Origin: an uncultured bacterium
GTDB lineage: Bacteria > Chlamydiota > Chlamydiia > Chlamydiales > FEN-1388
Reading direction: 5' to 3'
DNA: 64,000 nt
NCBI GenBank assembly: GCA_964462925.1
Contig: CAYWZU010000001.1
Coordinates: forward strand, 23,440 to 87,439
Shown: piece after piece, positions 25,926 through 35,152 of the stretch
How the letters are laid out: each line of letters begins with the position of its first letter
Numbering within the stretch: the stretch's first letter is position 1
Notes under the pieces: model-generated
What the model saw: only the letters and a program-made list of their open reading frames with translations
The model's database searches: none
What the model was told of the DNA's origin: nothing
Made by a program: the position numbers and the translations under genes

Positions 25926-26807
25926 CTAAAAGGTGTAACTAATGTTCACCAGCAAAGAGTAATAGAATTTATTCTGCCTGCCATTGAGGTGCTGAGTGAG
26001 GGGAAACCCAATTCCTGCTTGGTAAATCACATGTTCCGACGATGCCCAGAAAGATGGTGTAATAAATATCTGATTTCCACCAGAGTTATAGGCTTTTTGG
26101 CCATTTACTATATTTTTAGTAGCATAATTTCCATCTATTTCCGCCATCCAGGCGAAGATCCAACTTTTTGGGCTTGGTATATTTCTGCCAACACCACATT
26201 GGTAAAGATACTGGTTTCCAAACTTTGTCTTATGATGTTTTGTTGGAAAAACTATGCCATAGGATGTGAAGGTAAACCAATAGGTTGCTGTGTAGTTATA
26301 AGTCGCCCCAATAAAATAGCTCGGAGCTCCAAAGCCAGTAGGAGGATTTTTGCTGCTAGATCCTGTAGGAAAGGTCATATTAGCAACGAGCGTCGCTTGC
26401 CCTGTAGAGTTTTGCGACCTTGTAGAAAAGTATGCGTACTCAAGTTGCAAACTAAGATCTTCCCAGCCACGTGAGCGTACTGTTTTCCCGTTAGGGGCAG
26501 TATCCTTCAAATATGTTGTACAGGGAGCAGTAAAAAGGAGAGAACAGCTATCTGAAAGGCCATATAAAATACTTGGAAAGAGATCGGTTGCAACCCTTTT
26601 TTTCGAATAAAAATCATCCGCATAGAGTGAAACCTGAGTCTGTCCCTTATCAATAATGTTATCACCAAAACTAAGAAGTGGACCTGGCTGCTGAGAAGGT
26701 GAGAGTGCAAAGTTTCCTACAGCTGACGGCGCATCAACTGCCCCAACTAAGGCATTCATTGCAAAGAGGAAAAAAACAAATGGTCTACTGTTCATCATAG
26801 TCGCCAT
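25926..26807 (-). CDS. putative outer-membrane beta-barrel protein
   Basis: Signal peptide (FVFFLFAMNALVGAVDA), alternating aromatic/polar beta-strand pattern throughout, and a C-terminal ...NISYTF ending in Phe. Confidence 0.5.
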   Translation of the reverse strand: MATMMNSRPFVFFLFAMNALVGAVDAPSAVGNFALSPSQQPGPLLSFGDNIIDKGQTQVSLYADDFYSKKRVATDLFPSILYGLSDSCSLLFTAPCTTYLKDTAPNGKTVRSRGWEDLSLQLEYAYFSTRSQNSTGQATLVANMTFPTGSSSKNPPTGFGAPSYFIGATYNYTATYWFTFTSYGIVFPTKHHKTKFGNQYLYQCGVGRNIPSPKSWIFAWMAEIDGNYATKNIVNGQKAYNSGGNQIFITPSFWASSEHVIYQAGIGFPLTQHLNGRQNKFYYSLLVNISYTF

Positions 26808-26907
26808 AGTAGATAAATTGGCAATAAGCTGCGAGCTATTAGTTTAGTAAGGCCTTGTCAGAGATCTCTCGATACTATATAGTTTATGCGCTCAAATCCC
26901 CAATATT

Positions 26908-29136
26908 ATGACTTTTAAGATAATTGAAGACTACGAAACAGCTCTAGATCCGAAACTTCTTACTGATAAGTTTCGTGAGCTTACGCTTTCACGTACGGCA
27001 AGCTTTTACGATAAACAGTTTCTCGTGATCCGCCTCCTTACAATTTATGGAACAGCTAAAACTCAAGACAATGCAGAGGCTTTGATAAAAGCACTACTCA
27101 CATATGTGCGAGAGATTGACAACCAAGCCGAAGAGGAACTTCCTGTCATATGCACTGAGTCCTTTATGACCTGCTTTGACCGGGGTGCTACTGGCTTCTT
27201 AAACGCACGGATGAAGGAATTAAAACAATATGGGCCGTCTGAGCTGCAAAATAAGAGGACTGAGTGGCAAAATCTCTGCAAAATAGCAGGCAATATGCTT
27301 GAGCCTGCTTCATATGCTCATGTCTTATATAGCTACAAAGAAGAACAAACTCTTTCAGATGAAGATTTTGGCTTTTGCATGCTTAGACTTTCTGAACTTA
27401 TGGTTATTATCAATAAAAGACCGATAGAACAAGCCGCTCTGGCTGATGAGCGAAGAGCCTTCTTATATAGCTACCTAGCTGTTGATGCTAACCCAGCGAA
27501 TGCTTTCGTTCTTTTTAAATCAATGCTTCAAGATCAGTATGGATCTCTCTTTGTTGAAAGCGGGTGGGAATGCAAGCTATCAGATGAGGAGTGCGAACTT
27601 TTTGCTGCCATTATAGCTCTTCCATCAGTGACTCGTGAGCAGTGGACGATGGTAGTTCAGAGGGCAAAAGACCTTGGCGCCCAAAAGATGCGAGAAGCAG
27701 TAGTCCTAAAAAAAATACCCCTTAATACATATTCGGAAGGGCATTCCATAGACGAATTCCTGGAAATACTTGAATGCGTACTTACCGGCAAAAGCACAAG
27801 AAAATTTAGCGCATTTTCTGACGATGACAAACAGGCAATATTTTTGCTCCTGCTCGCTGCATCCTTTGATGCAAAAGAGACTAAAAGCCTTACCCTTTTG
27901 CTCCTTTCAATCCCCTATGTTGTACATAATCTCCAAAGGGTCCGTTTAAAAGACTCACTAAATGGCTCTGAAGCTGACCTTAAGCGTATACTACAGTGCC
28001 AAATTGCTACATTTTATAGTCCGCAAGCAGATAATCTGGGAAGTGATTGGCCTTCTGTAAACCAGGTAATTCGCCATGTCGCCTCCCAGCAGATAGTTGA
28101 GCCTATAGCACTTCTCACTCGCGCCCTTGTGCTTTGGCATCTTCAAACCTCTCCCCGGCCAAAACAAGCAGCAGCAGCTATAAAAGCTTGTGCTGAATTT
28201 GCTGTAGGGTTAACCGAGGTTGGAGAAAGCATTCAAGATATTACCCATCACCTCCTTTTAGCGCTTGCTTCCAGCGTTGCAAACACCGGCGATCTTTCCA
28301 TGGTGAATGTGCTCTTTCATCTTTTACAGCTTGATGGCAAAAAGCTTGAGCCAAAGGGGCCTAGCTGGACAGAACAACTTGAAGAAAAGGAAATAGACCT
28401 CTTTTCTAATCTCCTCACAACTAGCCAGCTTGCTTCTACAATTTATGATGAGCTTTTTACCTACTATACTAGAGAGGGATCTTCAGAAAAATGCTTTCAA
28501 CTTGCACTGCATATTGCCCCCTGCCTTCACGTAAAGCAGCTCAAAATACTCATTCAACACCTCAATTCTCCTGAAAGAAGAGCGCTTTTTGTAAAAGTGG
28601 TATGCTCTGACGTTTTTCGTGCTAAAACTCGCGAAAATCTTGTTGCCTACTTATTGACAAAAACAGTAGATGATCTTTTACTTGCTGGTCAAATATCTCT
28701 AAGCTTTACCATCAATGATCTTACCTGCTACCTTGAGGCTTTAAGTCAAAAGATCCCCTACTCTCTTTCAGTTACACCTACGCATAAAGATGCACTCCGA
28801 GAGCTTAACAAAAAGCCCTGGTGCATCACCCACGATAACATGATCTACACAATAGCTGACGATAATGCCGAAAAGCTCCTTACTCTTTTGAATACAGCTA
28901 CAGAAAAGATGTGGCTTACAGATGAATTGCCGCCCACTCTTTGGGTGCAAAAACTCCAGCAAACAATCGACATGAGACTGATGGAAAGAAAACGAAGTCC
29001 CTCACCTCAGCCTATGCTGCTCCCTGCTGTACTTAGAAAAAGCGCATCACCTCTTCTTAGCCGAGAACCTCAAGAGGTACTATTCGTTCATTTGAAAAAA
29101 AGCGGAGCGCTGGAACCAGAACAGAAAAATACCTAA
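26908..29136 (+). CDS. hypothetical protein, 742 aa, helical
   Basis: Long ATG-initiated ORF. No motif recognised. Confidence 0.6.
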   Translation: MTFKIIEDYETALDPKLLTDKFRELTLSRTASFYDKQFLVIRLLTIYGTAKTQDNAEALIKALLTYVREIDNQAEEELPVICTESFMTCFDRGATGFLNARMKELKQYGPSELQNKRTEWQNLCKIAGNMLEPASYAHVLYSYKEEQTLSDEDFGFCMLRLSELMVIINKRPIEQAALADERRAFLYSYLAVDANPANAFVLFKSMLQDQYGSLFVESGWECKLSDEECELFAAIIALPSVTREQWTMVVQRAKDLGAQKMREAVVLKKIPLNTYSEGHSIDEFLEILECVLTGKSTRKFSAFSDDDKQAIFLLLLAASFDAKETKSLTLLLLSIPYVVHNLQRVRLKDSLNGSEADLKRILQCQIATFYSPQADNLGSDWPSVNQVIRHVASQQIVEPIALLTRALVLWHLQTSPRPKQAAAAIKACAEFAVGLTEVGESIQDITHHLLLALASSVANTGDLSMVNVLFHLLQLDGKKLEPKGPSWTEQLEEKEIDLFSNLLTTSQLASTIYDELFTYYTREGSSEKCFQLALHIAPCLHVKQLKILIQHLNSPERRALFVKVVCSDVFRAKTRENLVAYLLTKTVDDLLLAGQISLSFTINDLTCYLEALSQKIPYSLSVTPTHKDALRELNKKPWCITHDNMIYTIADDNAEKLLTLLNTATEKMWLTDELPPTLWVQKLQQTIDMRLMERKRSPSPQPMLLPAVLRKSASPLLSREPQEVLFVHLKKSGALEPEQKNT

Positions 29137-29272
29137 GAGTCAGACCTAATAAAAATGGGAGGGGATTCACGCCCTTGCTGCTTTTAAAAGCAGTGCGAAG
29201 CGTGCTAAAACAACCTTAAATCAACAGCGCGGGTCCGCACCCGATTTCACTTTGGTTCTCTATCTAAAATAG

Positions 29273-32200
29273 ATGATCTGCTGTATAGTTGAGGGTAGGA
29301 TGAAAAGAGCATTTTGTTACACTGCTATATTTTTTCTTTTAATTACTATAGGCTTTTGGGCAGCATTTCAGTTTGATGCGGTTCAAAATGTTGCAAAAAC
29401 CCGTCTTTCTACCGTACTTCAAGAAAAAACTGGCTATAAAATTGAGGTTGGCACTTTTTCTGGAGCAATGCCTTTCATGTTTGGGGTAGAAGATGTAAAG
29501 GTTGCTCATCCAGATATTGGCCGATTTTCTGCAAAAAGTATCTATGTAATTCCAAGTTGGTTTGAAATTCTTTTTGGTAGATTTTCGCTCCTCTACTGCA
29601 GTATTGATGGCCTCGACCTCAGAGATTTGGACATTAAAGAAGCTGAAACGGTTGCCAAAGCATGCCTGCCTAAGGTACACCTCGGCATCCATTCCCTTCA
29701 CGCTTCAGCTATTCAAATTCCACAAATATATTCAAATCCACTTATCACAAACTACGGCGAGCAGTCTCATGTCGATTGTTTTTTTTCATTAGCAGGAGGC
29801 ATATCTTGGCATCCGGGTCGTGAGGAGCTCAGCCTTACTGCGTATATCTCCCCCCATATTGGCGATCTTTCTCCAGGCTCCATTGATGTAGACTTAACTC
29901 TACGAGAAGAAAAATCTTCTCTGAATGGCTCAGTAGTTCTTCTTAAAACGCCGGAAGGAAGCCCATTTGTCTCGCTTTTTTGCGACAAAATTACCTTTGA
30001 CTTTGATCTCGAAGGTGATCTTTTTCAGAAAACTAGTCCTTTTGTAACTGGGAGCTGGAGCCTTTCCGGACTGAAAAAACAAAAACAAGGCTTAAGCCTA
30101 AATCCTGTTATCCGATTTTCAGCAAATGGCAAGCTACATGCTCCAAATAGAGATGAGCTGCACATTGCGCTAGAAGAGATGCAGGCACAAAAAATTGAGC
30201 CGCTTCTTAGCTACCATATGTCCAAAAAGAAGCAAATTTCTGAAGAACTTCTCCTTGCAGATAGCGAAGAGCCTCAAGATGCAAGTACACTTTCGCGGAT
30301 CACTCCAATTCCTCTTCCAAATAATTTAAAGGCATCATTTACGAGAGAAGAAAACCGCATTGCAGTAGCGCTCATAAGTTCAGACATTACTATCGGTAGT
30401 GAGCACATTCCATCCTGCAGTTTGCGATGCAGCTTCGATACGGCATGTTCAGGAGATGTAAATCTTGATGCTACCCTGCTCTATGAAAATAGGCAATTGC
30501 CTATTTGCCTCTCGTTTGCAACCTCCATGCTTGAAAACGGCCATGTTGCCCTAAAAAATATTGAAGCTAGTATCGCAGGCCTTTTACTAAAAGGAGCATG
30601 TGATGTAGCACTAGAGCCCTTCGCCTTAAATGGCAGCATACAGTCAGATCCAAATAGCGTAGATCCATTTTTAGAGCAGTTTTCTGCAAAAGCAAAGTCT
30701 CTCGAACTTAGCTTAACATCGACCCCTGAAACTGCCTCTTTAGGGCTCTCTTGCGAAAAATTTGTTCACCCAGAAATTTCCTGCGCACAGTTTGGATGCA
30801 AGATCACACAATCTGATAAGATCGATTCATATGTTACAATCGATAAGCTCGTCAGCACAAATCTCGCCATCCACAATGCAACAGTTAAAAGCTCCAATGA
30901 AAAATTTAGCATAGATCTTGCAGGCAAAAGTAAAAATGGTGATTTTAGCTCTCTTGCTTCTGGAAGTTTTAGCAAAAATTCATGCACCTTTGAATCCATG
31001 CAAAGCAGACTTTTAGGTCATGAGGTAGCACTTCTTGAGCCCTTTACCATCACATATCACAATAGTCTCTTCACCATATCCCCCTTTGCCTTTACTCGTG
31101 AAGGTAAAACCTTCCTGCAGGGAGAGCTTGTGATGAAAAAATCCTCAAATGTTGCAACTATTACTGTTTCTGATCTTCCGCTAGAATGCTTTGACCCATT
31201 TTTACAAGACGTTACGCTCTTTGGCAATATTTCCGGCCGTTTTGAGCTAAGTGGTACAAAAACATCTCCTATTATTGCCCTCACATGCGCATCTTCTAGC
31301 CTACAGCTTTGGAACCCTAAACTTTTTGATGCCCCTCCCCTTGCTGCTTCTTGCGAAGTCACTATGAAAGATGATCTCCTGCAAGCTGCACTTGAAATTG
31401 AAGGCCTTAGCCTTCGAAAGCCTACACACTTAAGCCTCACAAAAGACAAAAATAAACTCTCAGGCAAAGTAGAGGCAGAATTTGACCTCGCAACGCTTCT
31501 CTCATCCTATCTTGACGAAGATGAGCTTGTTGAAGGGATAGTTTCACTCGATGTTGGACTATCTGGCACTAAAGATGCTCCCGTTTGGAAAGGCAAGCTC
31601 GATATTCACCAAGGAAAAATATTTGTCCCTTGTCTTGGAACAAGCTTCTCAGATGTTGAAGTTCATGGCAGCCTTAAAGACAATCAATTACTTATCGAAA
31701 AGGCCGCCGCAAAAGATGATGAAGCGGGCACATTTACAGCTACAGGCTATCTAAAAAATCTCCTAAACAAACGCTTTGAGTATCGAATCGATGGAAAAGC
31801 GAGCAATTTTGCTACCATTATCCTTCCTGAAGCAGAAGCAAAAGCTACAGGAGATCTTACGGTTACAGGCAATCTCAAAGAAGCAAATTTCATCGCGAGC
31901 ATGGATGTTGAAGATGCCAAGTTTTATCTCTCCCCCGCGAGCTCTAAAGATATCCCAAAACTTGATATTATCTACGTTGGAGAAGATCATGCACCTGCTA
32001 AAAAGCCATTTAAAATTGGCCTTGATCTTTTGCTTAAAATGAATGAAGGTCAAGTGGTAGGAATGGGTCTTGACTCTACCTGGAAAGGTGATGCCCACGT
32101 CACTGGCCAAAATAAAAATATAGACGTTCAGGGCAATATACTGCTCTCTAAGGGTATTCTTGAGTTTGCAGGAAAGCGCTTTACCCTCACACAAGGCGCA

Positions 32201-32746
32201 CTTACCTTTGCAGGAGATCTCTTAAAGCAGTCCAATCTGCAGGTAATAGCAAGTAATGATGTAGGGGCCATAAGCACCCAAATAGCTCTGCAGGGCCCAC
32301 TTGCTAACCCACGCATTGTCATTCAGTCAAACCCTGCAATGTCTCAAAAAGAGATACTCTCATGGCTTCTCTTTAACAAAAGCTCATCAGACATCACCCC
32401 TATGCAGGGAATCCAGCTTGGACAATCGCTTTTAAAACTAAAAAGCGGCAATAATTCTGTCGATCTGATCGAAGAGCTTAAACAAAAACTCTCCATTGAC
32501 CGTATAGACTTTGGCCAGGCATCAACAACCCGTCCAACTCTTCAGGATTCAATCCCCAATGAAGTATCCGTTCAGGTTGGAAAATATATTTCTGACGGCG
32601 TTATCGTTACCCTCTCAAAAGATGTAACAAACGAAGTAAATCGTGTGGGTGTTGAGGCAAATCTTACAAAGCATATCACAGCGCAAGCCAATGTCGGCGA
32701 CGATGCGAATGCTGAACTTTCACTCGAATGGAAGCTTCGCTACTAA
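29273..32746 (+). CDS. tamB: translocation and assembly module protein TamB-like (DUF490 C-terminus)
   Basis: N-terminal membrane anchor (AIFFLLITIGFWAAF), a long beta-rich body, and the C-terminus VSVQVGKYISDGVIVTLSKDV...AELSLEWKLRY matching the TamB/DUF490 tail pattern. An alternative ATG lies at 29300. Confidence 0.7.
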   Translation: MICCIVEGRMKRAFCYTAIFFLLITIGFWAAFQFDAVQNVAKTRLSTVLQEKTGYKIEVGTFSGAMPFMFGVEDVKVAHPDIGRFSAKSIYVIPSWFEILFGRFSLLYCSIDGLDLRDLDIKEAETVAKACLPKVHLGIHSLHASAIQIPQIYSNPLITNYGEQSHVDCFFSLAGGISWHPGREELSLTAYISPHIGDLSPGSIDVDLTLREEKSSLNGSVVLLKTPEGSPFVSLFCDKITFDFDLEGDLFQKTSPFVTGSWSLSGLKKQKQGLSLNPVIRFSANGKLHAPNRDELHIALEEMQAQKIEPLLSYHMSKKKQISEELLLADSEEPQDASTLSRITPIPLPNNLKASFTREENRIAVALISSDITIGSEHIPSCSLRCSFDTACSGDVNLDATLLYENRQLPICLSFATSMLENGHVALKNIEASIAGLLLKGACDVALEPFALNGSIQSDPNSVDPFLEQFSAKAKSLELSLTSTPETASLGLSCEKFVHPEISCAQFGCKITQSDKIDSYVTIDKLVSTNLAIHNATVKSSNEKFSIDLAGKSKNGDFSSLASGSFSKNSCTFESMQSRLLGHEVALLEPFTITYHNSLFTISPFAFTREGKTFLQGELVMKKSSNVATITVSDLPLECFDPFLQDVTLFGNISGRFELSGTKTSPIIALTCASSSLQLWNPKLFDAPPLAASCEVTMKDDLLQAALEIEGLSLRKPTHLSLTKDKNKLSGKVEAEFDLATLLSSYLDEDELVEGIVSLDVGLSGTKDAPVWKGKLDIHQGKIFVPCLGTSFSDVEVHGSLKDNQLLIEKAAAKDDEAGTFTATGYLKNLLNKRFEYRIDGKASNFATIILPEAEAKATGDLTVTGNLKEANFIASMDVEDAKFYLSPASSKDIPKLDIIYVGEDHAPAKKPFKIGLDLLLKMNEGQVVGMGLDSTWKGDAHVTGQNKNIDVQGNILLSKGILEFAGKRFTLTQGALTFAGDLLKQSNLQVIASNDVGAISTQIALQGPLANPRIVIQSNPAMSQKEILSWLLFNKSSSDITPMQGIQLGQSLLKLKSGNNSVDLIEELKQKLSIDRIDFGQASTTRPTLQDSIPNEVSVQVGKYISDGVIVTLSKDVTNEVNRVGVEANLTKHITAQANVGDDANAELSLEWKLRY

Positions 32747-32818
32747 ATATTTAGCTCACCATTGTACAAAAATTTAAGATATAGTAGGTTCTGTAGGTCG
32801 CAATCTTAGGAGATTTCT

Positions 32819-34843
32819 ATGACATACGGAAAAACAGTATTTAGTTTGCTCGCACTCTGTGCGAGTGCATTTGCCTCGACAAGTAGTTCAAGCTCATCAT
32901 CAGATGCTCATGAACAAGGCAGCTGGCAGCTTATTCAAAACCAGCCTGCAGATTTTTTTGAACCACCATTTGCCGCAGCATATAACCCCCTGCTTATGAC
33001 AACTGGCGAAGTCTTTGTCTTAAACGTAAATGGCCCTCCTTATACAGGCCAGACATGGAAGCTGACACCAGATATTTATGGAAGCTATGAAAATGGCACC
33101 TGGACAGAGCTTGCCTCTCTTCCAGATGGCTATGCACCTCTTTACTGCGCATCAGCTGTTCTTGCAGATGGCAGAATCATTCTGCTTGGCGGAGAGTATA
33201 ATGGCCCAGATTTTGATAAGACGTATACCAACATGGGAGCAATCTATGATCCCACAACCGATACCTGGCAGACTATTTATGGCCCAAGCTTTTTCACCTA
33301 CTACGACAATAGCCCAGGAAACCCTTTTGGCGATTCCCCAAGTACTGTCTTAGAAGATGGACGCTTTATGGCTGGAAATCTGTTTAACAAACAGACAGCT
33401 ATTCTCGATCCTAATACCCTTACCTGGACAGAAACAGGCGCCGGGACGAAAAAGGATTTATTCTCCGAAGCTGGGATGATTCTTCTTCCTTCAGGCAAAG
33501 TATTTACAAAAGATGCCTTTACAGGGTGGTATTATTATCCTGAACTCTTCAAGCAAACACCTTTCCCTGCTAATGCACTTGCTGAAATCTACAATCCAAA
33601 GACTGGAAAATGGTCATCTGCTGGCTATAGCCCAGTAAACCTTCAGGTACTTGGCTTTGAAGAGCTTGGCGCTAACCTCTTACGTCCAGATGGAACAGTC
33701 GTTGCCTTAGGAAGCTCAGAGAATATTGCTATCTATGATTCTACAAATGGCAAATGGAAGGCGGGGCCCAAATTCCCATCACTTGCTAATGCACAAAATG
33801 TGCCGACACTTCAGGTGACATCGCCTATTTCGGAGACAGTTACAAATCTTATTATTGGGTCAAACCCAGTTTCACAAGATCCATTTTTGCTGCAAGCTCC
33901 TATAGTCTTAGCCTATCCAGCGATAGCAACACCTTCGGTAGACAATGACCTTACCGGCGCTATTGCCCTTGTAGATGCAAATGATTTTCAAGATGCAGGC
34001 TCTGCTACTAAATGTAATAATGCAGCAGCAGCTGGGGCAATTGCATGCCTTCTCTATGATTCAACAGGGACGCGCTATGGCTCTCCAATCTCCGGAAGTA
34101 CTTTTATCCCAAGCGTTATGACAGATTATTATACTGGTCAAATACTTGTAGATAATTTGAATACACTTCAAGGCACCCTCGAGTCAAAATTAGGGCCGCT
34201 TCCGCTCGGCGCAGTGGATTCGCCAGCGATTTTGCTGCCAAATGGAAACACCCTTCTCTTTGCATCTCCATCTACAGACAGATCTGGCAATGTGTTTTTA
34301 CCCCCAACACAAGTGTTTGAGCTTACAAAAGACAATAAACTTGTCGACGAGCCTACAGTCACTAACCCAGAGATTCCTTGCTATGCGATAGCAGGAACAC
34401 TTCTTCCAACAGGACAAGCTATTTCCTGCAATCTTTGGTATGGAGATGTGGAGATCTATACACCGCAAGATCGCTCATTTAAAAAGGAGTGGAGGCCTCG
34501 TATTACGGAATGTCCTAAGCAGATTGTCGCAGGAGGAAGCTATGAGATCGAAGGATATCTCTTTAACGGCATGTCTCAGGCGCAAAATGTAAACGATGAA
34601 AATAATTCTGCCACAAATTATCCAATCGTTCGTTTGACCTTCAAAAATACTGGACATGTCTTTTACTGCAGAACGCATGATCATAGCTTCATGGGTGTTG
34701 CAGCTGAAGATAAGAAGGTCTCGACCTACTTCGATGTCCCAACAACTTGGGCAGGCTATCCTATGGAAACAGGAAAAGCAAAACTCGAAGTAATTGCTAA
34801 CGGCATCCCATCGAAACCTCGCACTGTTCACGTACGAGGCTAA
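32819..34843 (+). CDS. secreted Kelch-repeat / galactose-oxidase-like protein with an inserted PA-like domain and a C-terminal Ig-like (DUF1929-like) domain
   Basis: Signal peptide with an AGGAG RBS. Kelch-type repeats include LADGRIILLGGEY...AIYDPTTDTW and AEIYNPKTGKW. The PA-like segment is LTGAIALVDANDF...KCNNAAAAGAIACLLYDS (aa about 330-455). The C-terminus RPRITECP..IVAGGSYEIEG..FNGMSQA...YPIVRL...LEVIANGIPSKP resembles the galactose/glyoxal oxidase C-terminal domain. Confidence 0.5.
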   Translation: MTYGKTVFSLLALCASAFASTSSSSSSSDAHEQGSWQLIQNQPADFFEPPFAAAYNPLLMTTGEVFVLNVNGPPYTGQTWKLTPDIYGSYENGTWTELASLPDGYAPLYCASAVLADGRIILLGGEYNGPDFDKTYTNMGAIYDPTTDTWQTIYGPSFFTYYDNSPGNPFGDSPSTVLEDGRFMAGNLFNKQTAILDPNTLTWTETGAGTKKDLFSEAGMILLPSGKVFTKDAFTGWYYYPELFKQTPFPANALAEIYNPKTGKWSSAGYSPVNLQVLGFEELGANLLRPDGTVVALGSSENIAIYDSTNGKWKAGPKFPSLANAQNVPTLQVTSPISETVTNLIIGSNPVSQDPFLLQAPIVLAYPAIATPSVDNDLTGAIALVDANDFQDAGSATKCNNAAAAGAIACLLYDSTGTRYGSPISGSTFIPSVMTDYYTGQILVDNLNTLQGTLESKLGPLPLGAVDSPAILLPNGNTLLFASPSTDRSGNVFLPPTQVFELTKDNKLVDEPTVTNPEIPCYAIAGTLLPTGQAISCNLWYGDVEIYTPQDRSFKKEWRPRITECPKQIVAGGSYEIEGYLFNGMSQAQNVNDENNSATNYPIVRLTFKNTGHVFYCRTHDHSFMGVAAEDKKVSTYFDVPTTWAGYPMETGKAKLEVIANGIPSKPRTVHVRG

Positions 34844-34855
34844 TCTTGCCCTTCC

Positions 34856-34879
34856 ATGCCTCTTCATTCGAAGAGGCAT
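34856..34879 (+). terminator. Stem-loop 13 nt after the stop of the 32819-34843 gene
   Basis: atgcctcttc-attc-gaagaggcat: a perfect 10-bp stem with a 4-nt loop, followed by only a weak U-tract (cgagtttgt). Confidence 0.5.
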
Positions 34880-35104
34880 CGAGTTTGTACATTCTAGGCA
34901 AAGCCTTTGGAGCGAAGCTCTTTTGAGTGCGGCGATACTTCGCCGCTTTAGTTTCCTTGAAACTTAATATAAGTGACTGTATTTAATGTAATTACGCTAA
35001 TTTTGTAAGTTTTTTCTCAAATTTAAAGCGGTGAATAATCACCGCACTCAAACAGAGCTTCGCTCACTAGATAAGGCTTTTTTAAGCTAAAACATCCAAA
35101 CTCG

Positions 35105-35128
35105 ATGCCTCTTCTTTCGAAGAGGCAT
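35105..35128 (-). terminator. Stem-loop 25 nt after the stop of the 35153-37021 gene
   Basis: On the minus strand the sequence reads atgcctcttc-gaaa-gaagaggcat, followed by cgagtttggatgtttt. Confidence 0.5.
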
Positions 35129-35152
35129 GAGTTGTCAATATCGTTTGTATTT

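Larger units (their letters stand above)
34856..35128. repeat. 273-bp imperfect palindromic element filling the gap between two convergent genes
   Basis: The outer arms 34856-34887 and 35097-35128 are inverted copies. The inner arms 34910-34950 and 35024-35065 are also inverted copies: gagcgaagctcttttgagtgcggcgatacttcgccgcttta versus the reverse complement of taaagcggtgaataatcaccgcactcaaacagagcttcgctc. The centre is AT-rich. Each arm contains two local hairpins. Confidence 0.8.

Noticed and set aside
29178-29193. Perfect 16-nt palindrome ctgcttttaaaagcag after the 742-aa gene, as an intrinsic terminator
   Set aside because: The stem is AT-rich and short once a loop is allowed, and no U-tract follows. 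This is too weak to annotate.
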